Positions 31,651-41,331 are shown, counted from the first letter of the stretch. The stretch: DNA of 64,000 nt from a virus (IMGVR_UViG_3300008114_000011), one strand, 5' to 3'. Program-made: numbers and translations. The notes: generated by a model from the letters alone, not told the origin.

Positions 31651-31946
31651 CATTAGAAGAATTAAGAGATCGTCCTTTAGAAGAAAAGGTAGATTATATA
31701 TGTGACTACGTTATCTCTCATGGATTGGGACCAAAGTTTAGAAATATTTCTTTCCGTGGAGTAATTGTTGAATATAAGGATATATTTGATGCTATTAGAG
31801 AAGTTAATAGGAGTTTAAGACCAGCTGAATATCATACCGATTGGTATCGATTAGGTGCTAATGTATTTAAAAATGAATTAGTTAAGGGAGTTTTAAATCA
31901 TGAATTGATATTCCCACGTATAAAAGAAGAAATATCAAAGTTATGA
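31647..31946 (+). CDS. hypothetical protein, tandem paralog A
   Basis: MTLEELRDRPLEEKVDYI...VKGVLNHELIFPRIKEEISKL. Confidence 0.6.
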   Translation: MTLEELRDRPLEEKVDYICDYVISHGLGPKFRNISFRGVIVEYKDIFDAIREVNRSLRPAEYHTDWYRLGANVFKNELVKGVLNHELIFPRIKEEISKL

Positions 31947-32242
31947 CATTAGAAGAGTTAAGAGAAAAGTCTTTAGAAGAAAAGGTGAATTATATTTTTG
32001 ATTATGTTACGTCTTATGCTCGTGAAAGAGAAGATAGGTTTAAAGATATACCTTTACGTGTATTAATTGATGAGTATGATGATATAATTGATGTTTTCAG
32101 AGAAGTTAATTATGGTCTAAGAAGATTTTGGAGTCAACCCGGATATCGAGCAAGTATTGAATATAAGAGAGAAGTAGTTAAGGGAGTTTTAAATCATGAA
32201 TTGTTATTCCCACGTATAAAAGAAGAAATATCAAAGTTATGA
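31943..32242 (+). CDS. hypothetical protein, tandem paralog B
   Basis: MTLEELREKSLEEKVNYI...VKGVLNHELLFPRIKEEISKL; same length (99 aa). Confidence 0.6.
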   Translation: MTLEELREKSLEEKVNYIFDYVTSYAREREDRFKDIPLRVLIDEYDDIIDVFREVNYGLRRFWSQPGYRASIEYKREVVKGVLNHELLFPRIKEEISKL

Positions 32243-32565
32243 GAGTGGTAACTGAAAGCCCAGAGAACTGGGTTATATTAAAAATTGACGGTGTTGATGG
32301 TGTTTACTATCGAGTTTTCGGTGGTTGGCGTGGTGGTTATGCCGGCAGTGATCGTTGGAAGATGAACTCTGGTATTGTTAAGGTGGAATCTGATAGTGAT
32401 TACTATTACTTTATAGGAGCTAGTGGTAGTTGTTATAAATGTCACAAGGAGAGTTATGCTGGTTTCAGTGGTTGGGTTTATGGAGTTTTGTCTAAGATAA
32501 TGGATGGAAGTCCGGTTCCTATTGAGGTTTTAGATGAAATGAATTTTGAGGAGTTAGGTATTTAA
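32239..32565 (+). CDS. hypothetical protein with short ELGI end
   Basis: 108 aa; C-term DEMNFEELGI. Confidence 0.55.
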   Translation: MRVVTESPENWVILKIDGVDGVYYRVFGGWRGGYAGSDRWKMNSGIVKVESDSDYYYFIGASGSCYKCHKESYAGFSGWVYGVLSKIMDGSPVPIEVLDEMNFEELGI

Positions 32566-32604
32566 TTTATTATACGGAATTTGTAAATTAAAAAAGATAT
32601 TAGG

Positions 32605-32865
32605 ATGAAAGATGGGATGGTTCAGTGTGTATCAAATGGTTGTGGTTATTACAAGAGTTTGAAGGTTGGTAAGTGGTATAAATTTAGAGAGGTATCTGAT
32701 TTAGTGGTCCCACCTCGGCTCGAAGGTCAATATTTAATTTACTTTGATGATTATGTTTCTGGACCAAAGGGTTCTCAAATGCTCAGATGTTCTTATCCAA
32801 AGAAATTATTTAGAACGGTTTCTGATAGAAGAGATTTTAAACTTAAAAAGATCGGTGTAATATAA
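32605..32865 (+). CDS. ELGI-tail family small protein (variant)
   Basis: 86 aa; C-term SDRRDFKLKKIGVI. Confidence 0.55.
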   Translation: MKDGMVQCVSNGCGYYKSLKVGKWYKFREVSDLVVPPRLEGQYLIYFDDYVSGPKGSQMLRCSYPKKLFRTVSDRRDFKLKKIGVI

Positions 32866-32870
32866 AAAAT

Positions 32871-33170
32871 ATGAATGGAATTTTAATATCATTAGTAGTC
32901 GTATTAGGAATTATTGCGATTGCTGTATTATTTTTAATTTGGAAGATTGTTTCTTTCAAAAGTAAAATTGAGGATACTGTTGTCGATAGTATCAAAGAGG
33001 TTATTGTAACAAGAGGACCTGAGGCTGTTAAGTATGTTAATGGTAAGATTAGTAAACCAAAACCACCAAGAAGTCAGATAATAAAAGAAGGGCGTGATCC
33101 AGTTCCTGCACCACCAAAAGATAGGATTTTAAAAGAAGGTGAACAACCACCTAAACCAGATAATTTATAA
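32871..33170 (+). CDS. membrane-anchored Pro/Lys-rich protein
   Basis: N-term ILISLVVVLGIIAIAVLFLIW; repeat PPRSQIIKEGRDP / PPKDRILKEGEQP. Confidence 0.55.
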   Translation: MNGILISLVVVLGIIAIAVLFLIWKIVSFKSKIEDTVVDSIKEVIVTRGPEAVKYVNGKISKPKPPRSQIIKEGRDPVPAPPKDRILKEGEQPPKPDNL

Positions 33171-33172
33171 AT

Positions 33173-33889
33173 ATGAGAAATAATTTAGTAGAGATATTTC
33201 ACGATACTCAAATCAAGTCCGTGAAGTTTAATGATGGTGTTACAACACAACATTCAAATAATGAGATAGTTGGACCTTATTTATCAGTTTATAAAGGTAA
33301 TGTTAAGGTCGTTAATTTAGATACGGTATCTGCTCTTGTAGAGTTATCTAAGTCTGGTAAAACTTGTGGCTTGAATATGGCTTCGTATAAGAAACCGGGT
33401 GGTGGAGTTCGTAATGGAGCCAGAGCTCAAGAAGAATGTTTATTTAGATGTTCTAACTTAATCAATTCAATTGTAGAAGATTTTTATCCATTAGAAGATG
33501 GTACTTGTCTTTATACATCAGATGCTACATTCTTTAAAGATAAGGATTATAATGATATGGAACCGGTTGAGTGTGATATTATTACGATAGCTGCTATAAA
33601 CTTAAACAGTCGTAGTTATGATAAAGAGACTTATGAAGAGATTACACTCCAAAAGATAAGATTGATGCTTACTATCCCATCTAAACATGGTGTTGAGAAC
33701 TTGGTTTTGGGAGCTTTTGGTTGTGGTGTTTTTGGGAATGATCCCCATGTGATGTCAGAATTATTTAGAAAGGTTTTAGTTGAAGAAGGTTATTCATCTT
33801 TATATAAAGAGGTTGTTTTTGCTGTTATAAACGATCATAATTCTGTTGGTAATAATTATAGTGTGTTTTCTGATAAATTCTACTCTTAA
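33173..33889 (+). CDS. macrodomain protein, microbial PARG-like (TIGR02452/DUF2263-type)
   Basis: LNMASYKKPGGGVRNGARAQEECLFRCSNL and LVLGAFGCGVFGNDP signature blocks. Confidence 0.7.
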   Translation: MRNNLVEIFHDTQIKSVKFNDGVTTQHSNNEIVGPYLSVYKGNVKVVNLDTVSALVELSKSGKTCGLNMASYKKPGGGVRNGARAQEECLFRCSNLINSIVEDFYPLEDGTCLYTSDATFFKDKDYNDMEPVECDIITIAAINLNSRSYDKETYEEITLQKIRLMLTIPSKHGVENLVLGAFGCGVFGNDPHVMSELFRKVLVEEGYSSLYKEVVFAVINDHNSVGNNYSVFSDKFYS

Positions 33890-34317
33890 CCAAATTGAAT
33901 TAAAATACTCATTGAATTATTAAAATTACCGCGCCCACTTAGAATAGATTTTCCATCTATATAATCTAAGTGTTCTTTCAGAAGAACAATAAAATTATTA
34001 AGTATTTCATTATCAGAAGGTGAAAAATCAAGTCTAGTTTTTTTAGATGTCTCAATCGAATTTTTGTGAATAACTAAAGAAATTCCATTTATCTTTTTTC
34101 TAGCTCTACCAGCATCTCTTGATGTGTTATAATCATCAACATTTATAAATGATTGTTTCCAATCTTTACTGAATTGAAAGGTATATTGAATATCAAATCC
34201 CTCATCTTCTATGATATATGATATACTTTTAATATCTTCTAGTATTTCATTAGCCTTTTTATTATTTTCAATGAGTTCTTCAATAGTGAATTTTTCAAAT
34301 AGTTTTAGATATTTCAT
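33886..34317 (-). CDS. MKYLK-head family protein
   Basis: 143 aa; N-term MKYLKLFEKFTIE. Confidence 0.6.
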   Translation of the reverse strand: MKYLKLFEKFTIEELIENNKKANEILEDIKSISYIIEDEGFDIQYTFQFSKDWKQSFINVDDYNTSRDAGRARKKINGISLVIHKNSIETSKKTRLDFSPSDNEILNNFIVLLKEHLDYIDGKSILSGRGNFNNSMSILIQFG

Positions 34318-34341
34318 AGTGTATATATTAAAATAATTTAG

Positions 34342-34349
34342 TATATTTG
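34342..34349 (+). promoter_or_regulatory. -7 box TATATTTG
   Basis: TAnnTTTG in divergent gap; only 4 nt before ATG 34354, so assignment is uncertain. Confidence 0.35.
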
Positions 34350-34353
34350 TTAT

Positions 34354-34503
34354 ATGAAACTAAAGAGATTTTTATTGAAGGAATTGAGACCTATTTTAGG
34401 TAGTCTTTTATTCTTTATATTCATAACAGCACTACATGGGTTGTTATGGGGATTTATAATCACTGTAATATTTGTTTCTCTTTGTTTATTTTTATATAGA
34501 TAG
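34354..34503 (+). CDS. possible 49-aa membrane protein (below cutoff)
   Basis: MKLKRFLLKELRPILGSLLFFIFITALHGLLWGFIITVIFVSLCLFLYR. Confidence 0.4.
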   Translation: MKLKRFLLKELRPILGSLLFFIFITALHGLLWGFIITVIFVSLCLFLYR

Positions 34504-34504
34504 T

Positions 34505-34717
34505 ATGGAAAATTTTATTAGAAATTTTATTGGAAAGGGACCAGATAAAGGGTTTAGGGGTATTTTAGTTGTAATAATACTATGTCTTTTATTATGGACA
34601 TCAATTTTCACAATCGAGTTTGTAACTGGTTTATTTATGCCAAGAATGTTGACTGGTGCGATTGCTGCCATATCAGGGGTTTTAATTGGAACTTGGGTTG
34701 GTCGTTTAACTGATTAA
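34505..34717 (+). CDS. small membrane protein
   Basis: ATG 34505; GILVVIILCLLLWTSIFTIEFV and AIAAISGVLIGTWVG spans. Confidence 0.5.
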   Translation: MENFIRNFIGKGPDKGFRGILVVIILCLLLWTSIFTIEFVTGLFMPRMLTGAIAAISGVLIGTWVGRLTD

Positions 34718-34718
34718 G

Positions 34719-35027
34719 ATGGAACATTTATTAAAAGATAAGAATTTCATGAAGTTAGTTAACATTGCTGAGGTGTTATCTGAATTCATAGTTAAGGAAT
34801 CAGAAAGTGGTTCATTACTTAGACTTTATAAGCAATGTGATTACATCAGAGATGCTGTTAATAAGTTCAATCAGAAGTTTGATGGTGAGAAAGCACTATT
34901 CTACAATAGAATATTTGAAAGAAGTTTAGAGAAGTCTATGAAGATATTGGAGATTGATGGGTTTCATCAATCTGAGATTTATTTTGTACAAGATTTATTA
35001 AGTCATATAAGATCATTTAAAAAATAA
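34719..35027 (+). CDS. hypothetical protein
   Basis: 102 aa ORF. Confidence 0.5.
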   Translation: MEHLLKDKNFMKLVNIAEVLSEFIVKESESGSLLRLYKQCDYIRDAVNKFNQKFDGEKALFYNRIFERSLEKSMKILEIDGFHQSEIYFVQDLLSHIRSFKK

Positions 35028-35029
35028 AT

Positions 35030-35233
35030 ATGAGATACGCAATTAAACACAAACCCACTAATACCTTTTTATATGAAGATGAGGGTGGTGCCTTTTTAAT
35101 TCCTGAGGAAGAGGCTTTTATAACATTTGGTAGAAAATTAGATGCTGAAGAAATGCTAGATTGTTATGATGATGTTATTTACACAGAGAATGGAGATTTT
35201 CCAGTTAATGAATTTGAAGTAGTTGAAATATAA
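35030..35233 (+). CDS. hypothetical small acidic protein
   Basis: 67 aa ORF. Confidence 0.5.
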   Translation: MRYAIKHKPTNTFLYEDEGGAFLIPEEEAFITFGRKLDAEEMLDCYDDVIYTENGDFPVNEFEVVEI

Positions 35234-35236
35234 GTT

Positions 35237-35674
35237 ATGAGTTATACAAAAGAAGAATTTTACAAAGCGTTTATTGAAACGCAAAAGTTAACAGGTCAGG
35301 GAACATCTGGAATTGTTAAAGTTGCTGGTGGTCCAACAATCGCAAAGATACTTGATGATTTAATCGAAGAAGGTCTTTGCGTGGCTGAGAATACTGGTGG
35401 TTCATTAGGTCACCCAGAGTCTAATATCTTTTACATGCCATCAAAAGGTTATAATGTTTGGCGAGAAGAAAACAGTATGGCGGCGTTAGAGTGTGTTAGG
35501 TATTACATTGCTAAACAAAGAGGTGAGAAATATAGTGGAGATCGTTTCTTAAAGATTGACGAGAGTTCGTTTGAAGAAGGTGGTCCATTCCACGAGTTCT
35601 ATAATAATTGGTTAGAACGAAATAGAGAGGAGTTAGATGTGATGATGAATCTATCAGATGTTTATCCGAATTAA
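35237..35674 (+). CDS. hypothetical protein
   Basis: 145 aa ORF followed by a strong terminator. Confidence 0.55.
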   Translation: MSYTKEEFYKAFIETQKLTGQGTSGIVKVAGGPTIAKILDDLIEEGLCVAENTGGSLGHPESNIFYMPSKGYNVWREENSMAALECVRYYIAKQRGEKYSGDRFLKIDESSFEEGGPFHEFYNNWLERNREELDVMMNLSDVYPN

Positions 35675-35680
35675 ATAAAA

Positions 35681-35706
35681 GTCCTGATGAAAATCAGGAC
35701 TTTTTT
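35681..35706 (+). terminator. rho-independent terminator
   Basis: GTCCTGAT-gaaa-ATCAGGAC followed by TTTTTT. Confidence 0.8.
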
Positions 35707-35722
35707 ATTTAATATATAATGA

Positions 35723-35884
35723 ATGAGATACTTAAAGTTATACGAAGCTTACTTCAAGAAAGAAGATATTGATATACAAAAGGTTTGTGATATTTATGAA
35801 GATGTTAAGTCAATTGGATATATTCTTTTGATGAGAGTTTTATTAAGGTTGAAGGTTGGAGACCACCACAAAGAAAAGATATAA
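35723..35884 (+). CDS. possible truncated MKYLK-head ORF (53 aa, below cutoff)
   Basis: MRYLKLYEAYFKKEDIDIQK... Confidence 0.3.
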   Translation: MRYLKLYEAYFKKEDIDIQKVCDIYEDVKSIGYILLMRVLLRLKVGDHHKEKI

Positions 35885-35915
35885 TTATATCAAAAAATTA
35901 TTTTATGGAAAAGGT

Positions 35916-36203
35916 TTAGGTCCAAAGTGATTTTCTGATTTTCATAAGACGAAGTAACATTTCATCATCTTCATCATCAGAGTTTAACTTCCAATCTCTA
36001 TCTGAACGAATTTTCCACCATTGATAAAGAAATCTTACTTCATCTACAAAATCTTTGTGAGCTTCATAATTACAATGAGTGTCAACTCCTTCTTTTTCAA
36101 CACAATCTACAAGAATTTGAAAGCAAGAGTGTAACATAATGACATCTCGATCAATCCAAGCGTCTGATGCTTTTGGAAGTGTTGTTATTTTAACAAGTCT
36201 CAT
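35916..36203 (-). CDS. hypothetical protein
   Basis: 95 aa; overlaps upstream - strand gene end. Confidence 0.5.
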   Translation of the reverse strand: MRLVKITTLPKASDAWIDRDVIMLHSCFQILVDCVEKEGVDTHCNYEAHKDFVDEVRFLYQWWKIRSDRDWKLNSDDEDDEMLLRLMKIRKSLWT

Positions 36204-37002
36204 ATAAATCTGTTATTTCAATTTTAAATTTCTGATAAGTTTCATCACTTATACCTAATTTTTCTAACCAATTCTTAAAGTATTGATCTAATTCATTACT
36301 TCTCGGATGTGTTCCTAAATGATAAAGTTCAAAATCTTTTCTATTTTGAATTTTATCAGCGATCAACATATCATTTACATCTTTTAAAGGAGATAATCTA
36401 ATTTCTTCTAAAGAATTAATCTCTCTTTTAGATAAGTATTCATTTGCTACTGAACGATATTCTGTTAAAGCAATTATAGTCTTTGTATCAAATTCCTTTA
36501 ATTGGTCATAGTTTTGTTTTAATGCCTCATCACTTTGAATAATAGGGTGTAACATATAAGCCTTTTTAGCTGTTTCTGATGCTCCTATTTTTTCTAAAAT
36601 ATAAAGACCTTCATCTATGTGGTTCATTAAGTAAACACCACTACGAGTTGCCTTTTGATCACCATAAAATTGTGATATTGTTTTGTATTCTTTCGTATCT
36701 TCAAAATCTACTTCTACGAATGGTATATCATTCTTTTTTAAGTAATCTGAAATGTTACAATCAGTTGACGTTATAATTTTATTTGTTATCCACTCTTTGT
36801 AAATTCCTTTACCTCGGTACCCATCTAATATATAAATTGATTGGTATGGTAGTCCACCTTTAATAAAATAAGCAATAACAACACCTTCATCCGGAGTTAT
36901 TATTTCATTTAATGAAAAACCAAATCGTAACAATTGTTTAGCTCTCGCCATAAAATATTCAATTGCTTCATCAGTTGTTTTAGCGTCGTGGTTAAATCTC
37001 AT
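36190..37002 (-). CDS. hypothetical protein
   Basis: 270-aa ORF; no motif confidently recognised. Confidence 0.6.
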   Translation of the reverse strand: MRFNHDAKTTDEAIEYFMARAKQLLRFGFSLNEIITPDEGVVIAYFIKGGLPYQSIYILDGYRGKGIYKEWITNKIITSTDCNISDYLKKNDIPFVEVDFEDTKEYKTISQFYGDQKATRSGVYLMNHIDEGLYILEKIGASETAKKAYMLHPIIQSDEALKQNYDQLKEFDTKTIIALTEYRSVANEYLSKREINSLEEIRLSPLKDVNDMLIADKIQNRKDFELYHLGTHPRSNELDQYFKNWLEKLGISDETYQKFKIEITDLYETC

Positions 37003-37423
37003 TTATAATTTGTTTTAGTTTTAATTCTCTATTCCAAGAAACAGACTCTTCTATTATCCCCTCTGATATTAGTATATCAATTTTTTCAATAAAAGGTTTT
37101 TTATCAAAGAATGTTCCAATGGTTCTCACACCATCACCATCATATGACTTTATAGTAGGATTTATGATATTGATATTATCAACATCTTTGGTATGTTCTT
37201 TTGTTTTTATTTCACCTGATTCATCTTTATAAAGATTTTGTTCTGAATAGATAACTCTTCTTAATATAAAGACTTCCTCTGATTTAGAAGAATAATTACT
37301 ATTCCAGAATCCACTTTCAATGAAAAATGAATCTCCATTTTCTAAATGAATACCATAATCAACCTTTTCTTTATTATGAAAAGAAAGTTCTATACTTTTA
37401 ATAACTTTATATGCTTTTAACAT
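36992..37423 (-). CDS. hypothetical protein with ELGI-type tail variant (- strand)
   Basis: 143 aa; C-term WNRELKLKQIINEI. Confidence 0.55.
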   Translation of the reverse strand: MLKAYKVIKSIELSFHNKEKVDYGIHLENGDSFFIESGFWNSNYSSKSEEVFILRRVIYSEQNLYKDESGEIKTKEHTKDVDNINIINPTIKSYDGDGVRTIGTFFDKKPFIEKIDILISEGIIEESVSWNRELKLKQIINEI

Positions 37424-37567
37424 TAGTTATAATAAGTTAAATCATAGATAAGTGCGTCTAAAGCAATCGCTTTTGTCATAAGTTTTATTAGTTCTGTGTC
37501 AAAGTAGTCTTCGTACTGGTTCATGATTTTTATTTTTATATAAATATAGTTATTTTAAATTAAAAAA

Positions 37568-37590
37568 GAGGTCTGTGACCTCTTTTTTTT
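37568..37590. terminator. bidirectional hairpin terminator
   Basis: AAAAAA-GAGGTC-tgt-GACCTC-TTTTTTTT immediately downstream of the - strand ATPase gene. Confidence 0.7.
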
Positions 37591-38272
37591 ATGAGTTAAT
37601 CATATAACTTGCTAAGTTTTTCCAAGTATCTGGGTAACAACATCTGATTTTTGAAATCATAATTAATGTTCTCATATTCAACTCACACTTATCTTTGTTA
37701 AGATCTAAGAAGTTTAATGCTTCTTCTTTTACTTTAATGTCATAGTCTGGTAAGATATTTGGTAGGATAAATTTCATACGTTGTATCTTTTCAGATGGAG
37801 TCATTGACAAGTCAACAGTTAAAGATCTTGATAAAACTGCTTGATCAATACTAGACTTATTTTTATTTGAAATAAAGATGATATTACCTGTAAACTTAAA
37901 TTGTTGTGGGTATTCATCACTCTTATTCATTTTAGCCATCCAAGAAATTTCACGAGTATCATAAGAGTCAAGTGCTGACTTTAAGATATTAACAGCAACT
38001 CTATCATCTAGTACTGAGTCACAATCGTCAAAAATAATCAACTTACCATTGTTATCGTAAAGAGTATTATAAAGACCTCTTGCTGTTGAGTAACCTTTAA
38101 AGAAAACATAATCATCTGGTTGTAAACCACTCTCATTAATAGATTCTTTAACTGTATGAGTTTTACCTAAACCACCTTCACCAGTTACTAAGATAGAAGG
38201 AGTTATACCAGCTACTACCATTGAGGTTAAGTCTTGTAAGAAATTAAATTTTTGATTGATGTCGTATACCAT
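37589..38272 (-). CDS. P-loop AAA-type ATPase
   Basis: Walker A VTGEGGLGKTHTV; Walker B-like KLIIFDDCDSVLDD. Confidence 0.75.
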   Translation of the reverse strand: MVYDINQKFNFLQDLTSMVVAGITPSILVTGEGGLGKTHTVKESINESGLQPDDYVFFKGYSTARGLYNTLYDNNGKLIIFDDCDSVLDDRVAVNILKSALDSYDTREISWMAKMNKSDEYPQQFKFTGNIIFISNKNKSSIDQAVLSRSLTVDLSMTPSEKIQRMKFILPNILPDYDIKVKEEALNFLDLNKDKCELNMRTLIMISKIRCCYPDTWKNLASYMINS

Positions 38273-38315
38273 TTTTCTCAGATTTTGTTTAACAAATATA
38301 GTGAAAAATGTTTAT

Positions 38316-38507
38316 TTAATTCGTGTATTTTGGTTTTTTTCTAAATTTTTTTGTTCTTCTACCACTTGAACATTTTTTTCTTACCTTATGAACTTCGTGA
38401 AACATTTTGATAGAATCTTCTTTTCTATCATTCATTCTTTGTTGGTATATATTGTAATTATTACAAGAAGTTAAAATTAATACTATTATAATTAATACTA
38501 TTTTCAT
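38316..38507 (-). CDS. small lipoprotein-like basic protein
   Basis: MKIVLIIIVLILTSCNNY (lipobox-like LTSC). Confidence 0.5.
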   Translation of the reverse strand: MKIVLIIIVLILTSCNNYNIYQQRMNDRKEDSIKMFHEVHKVRKKCSSGRRTKKFRKKPKYTN

Positions 38508-38854
38508 ACTAAATCATCTAAATTTTTTCTTCTTCTATATTTCTTTTTTGATTCTTCTAATTGTTTATCAGCGTTTCTATAATCAGCACTCTTAAATATT
38601 AATAAAGTAGCATCATTAAGATTTTCTTTTATACAATCATCACATATAGCAATAATGAATTGGTCCATATCATGGACAGATCCGTATCCAGCATCAATTA
38701 TATGTATAATACCATTATTGATCATTTCATTATTGATGGTTAATCTTCTACCTTGTTTCTCAACAGATCTCCAAAGTAAATCTTCTTCGGTTTCATCAAG
38801 ATTTTTATCAATAAATGGTGATACATTATTTTTCTTACAACAGATACAATACAT
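38504..38854 (-). CDS. hypothetical Cys-containing protein
   Basis: 116 aa; MYCICCKKN...AICDDCIKEN. Confidence 0.5.
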   Translation of the reverse strand: MYCICCKKNNVSPFIDKNLDETEEDLLWRSVEKQGRRLTINNEMINNGIIHIIDAGYGSVHDMDQFIIAICDDCIKENLNDATLLIFKSADYRNADKQLEESKKKYRRRKNLDDLV

Positions 38855-39060
38855 TACTTTTTCTTTTTAAGTTTTTTTGTGAATTCAACCATTGAAATAC
38901 AAATATCATTCACACCTTTAATATAATCTGTTTCTTCACAATCGTTGTGATGACACCATTGATAGTTTCTATAAACATGATACCTTAATTTTTCAATTAC
39001 TTTATCAAGCTTATCATTTTTCTTTTTTAATTTATTCTTTTTTTTCTTGTCTTTTTTCAT
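38854..39060 (-). CDS. small lysine-rich protein
   Basis: MKKDKKKKNKLKKKNDKL... Confidence 0.5.
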   Translation of the reverse strand: MKKDKKKKNKLKKKNDKLDKVIEKLRYHVYRNYQWCHHNDCEETDYIKGVNDICISMVEFTKKLKKKK

Positions 39061-39128
39061 ACAACATATTTAGTGTAAAATTAAATAAAGTTTTTTAAAA
39101 TTCATATCGATTTAAAAAAAATATTTTT

Positions 39129-39136
39129 TATATTTG
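39129..39136 (+). promoter_or_regulatory. -7 box TATATTTG
   Basis: TAnnTTTG 17 nt upstream of ATG 39153 in divergent gap. Confidence 0.45.
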
Positions 39137-39152
39137 TCAAAAATTGTATTAA

Positions 39153-39794
39153 ATGAGTAAGATTTGGAAAATAACAAGTAAGAAGTATTATGGTCAGAAT
39201 AACCAATATACTTACAACAACATAACATATGTTTATAGCGAGAAAAAACTAAATCAAGAGTTAAAAAAGTCAACAGAGGGTACAGTTGAAGTTTTTGAAT
39301 TAACCAAAACTTTTGATATCGCAGCTCATTTATCTTCTTTAGTTAGAGATAATCAACTAGATAGTTTACTTTGTGTTGATGATGAAAAATCAATTCTTCA
39401 CTCTAAATTTATTGAGTTATTAGAAAGTGCTAACACACCTAATAGAGAATATGATAGACGTTATCTCAACTCTCTTAAAAAAGAATGGGACTTCTTAAAG
39501 AAAAGTGATGAACCAGCACTTAAAAAGTTTTTTGCGAAATATAGAACTTACTTATTACATTATGCTAATGATAGTGTTGAGTGGTATCAAACACTTTTAA
39601 GTATTTACAATTTTGCTGATATAAAACCAATTTATACTTCAAATTGGACTTATAATAGAGTAACTAACCGACATGAAAGTGTTAAAAAGTTAGTTCTTGA
39701 TTTAACAGAAGATCAAAAAACCAATTTTGCTGAAGCCAAGAAAGTAGTAAGTGCTGAGAAAAAGGCTAAAAAGAAACTTAAATTACAAAAGTAA
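39153..39794 (+). CDS. hypothetical protein
   Basis: 213 aa; Lys-rich C-terminus. Confidence 0.55.
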   Translation: MSKIWKITSKKYYGQNNQYTYNNITYVYSEKKLNQELKKSTEGTVEVFELTKTFDIAAHLSSLVRDNQLDSLLCVDDEKSILHSKFIELLESANTPNREYDRRYLNSLKKEWDFLKKSDEPALKKFFAKYRTYLLHYANDSVEWYQTLLSIYNFADIKPIYTSNWTYNRVTNRHESVKKLVLDLTEDQKTNFAEAKKVVSAEKKAKKKLKLQK

Positions 39795-40057
39795 TGAAAC
39801 TATTTCTACTTAGATGTTACCTAATAATTCTACATTTATTTGATTTAAACCTTTTTTATTTCTTCACAAAATATATATTAGGTGTAGATTTAATTTTTGG
39901 TAATATACCACTAGTTTTCAAATTATTAATGTTATACATAATGTATAATATGATTAAGTGGATTATTAAAAAAAGTGAATTAGATCAAACATTCGAATCA
40001 TTAATAGAAAAAGAACTATCTAAAAATGATATACAAGATAGAAATAGAGATAAATAA
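39794..40057 (+). CDS. small membrane protein
   Basis: Hydrophobic N-terminal half LFLLRCYLIILHLF / IPLVFKLLMLYIMY. Confidence 0.45.
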   Translation: MKLFLLRCYLIILHLFDLNLFYFFTKYILGVDLIFGNIPLVFKLLMLYIMYNMIKWIIKKSELDQTFESLIEKELSKNDIQDRNRDK

Positions 40058-40526
40058 AACCACTTTTTTGTCTGGTGATAGATGGGGTAATAACTTAACA
40101 AAAGTTATTGAATCTATTTATCACCAAACTAATAGTTTGATGTTACATTCATATTCAAGTCAAGAAACTTGGGGCAATAGTTATTGTTTAAAAAACATTA
40201 AAAAGTTTAATTTAGACAGATTGAAACACAAAAGAGTTTTCATTAGAGATTTAAGAATGTTTCACGAAGAAGATGGTGGTAGATTTCTAAAAGAAGAAAC
40301 AAGTGAGTTTTTAAAACATTTTACAGGTGATGTAGATATTTATCTACCTTTTTATCATAATCAACATTATCATGAGAATAAATGGATTACTAAGTTGGGA
40401 GATTTCTTTTCTTATGTAGAAGAAAACTTCGATGTGAAAGACTTTATCAAATTTTCTGATAATGATGCTTACTCCACCATTTCAAAAAACATAATTAGAG
40501 ATATTAAACTAAGTGATTTAATCTAA
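40026..40526 (+). CDS. protein with ELGI-type tail variant
   Basis: 166 aa; C-term NIIRDIKLSDLI. Confidence 0.5.
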   Translation: MIYKIEIEINKTTFLSGDRWGNNLTKVIESIYHQTNSLMLHSYSSQETWGNSYCLKNIKKFNLDRLKHKRVFIRDLRMFHEEDGGRFLKEETSEFLKHFTGDVDIYLPFYHNQHYHENKWITKLGDFFSYVEENFDVKDFIKFSDNDAYSTISKNIIRDIKLSDLI

Positions 40527-41150
40527 AGAGTTTCTTAACCAATCAACCTTTGATTCGTGTACTAACAAACAAGGACTTGATGTGAAAAACTCAACACCTC
40601 CACGTAAATTAGCTTTATCTAATTTAGATAAGTCTTCTAAAGGAACTTTAAAATCTGGAGTATAATTAACCATTATAAAATTATCTTTACTAATTTGTTT
40701 TCTACCAACTAATTCACTTCCACCAGGTCTATCATTAGATAAAGCCCATAAGTCAACAATTGGACAAAAAACAATTTCTGAATTATCATAAGGTATAACT
40801 AAGAACATATCACTATCAACTAAAAATTTCAGTGTATCAAGATTGGTACCACCAATCAACGAATTCTTTCTTTTAACTGGGAAATTAGGATCATCAGCTA
40901 TGTCATTAAAAAATTTAGGAAATGCAACTGGTCTAGCATTACGAGGACTTGGTTGAAATAATTGTAAATCAGACTTACTAACTTTATTTTTACCTCTCCA
41001 CAACAAATCATTACTAAATGAGAAGTTTTTACAATTTTGTCTTAATAAGTCTAAGAATTCCTGTTCGTTAAGATCTTTACATCTTTCTATTCTTTCTAAA
41101 TTTGTATCAACACCAGCAATACTCTCTTTAAATGATTTTAAATATTTCAT
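40518..41150 (-). CDS. MKYLK-head family protein
   Basis: 210 aa; N-term MKYLKSFKESI. Confidence 0.6.
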   Translation of the reverse strand: MKYLKSFKESIAGVDTNLERIERCKDLNEQEFLDLLRQNCKNFSFSNDLLWRGKNKVSKSDLQLFQPSPRNARPVAFPKFFNDIADDPNFPVKRKNSLIGGTNLDTLKFLVDSDMFLVIPYDNSEIVFCPIVDLWALSNDRPGGSELVGRKQISKDNFIMVNYTPDFKVPLEDLSKLDKANLRGGVEFFTSSPCLLVHESKVDWLRNSLD

Positions 41151-41331
41151 AGATTATATATTAAACTTTTAGCTTTATTTTATTATATTTGTAATGTACC
41201 TTCTGGTAGTTATATAATACTTGATATATAAAATGATTATAACTTTACAGAGACCAACCGAAGAGGAACCGAACAGCAACAAGAATATAGAAGTGGTGTT
41301 GTGGGTACATTTTTAATAAATAAATTTAAAT

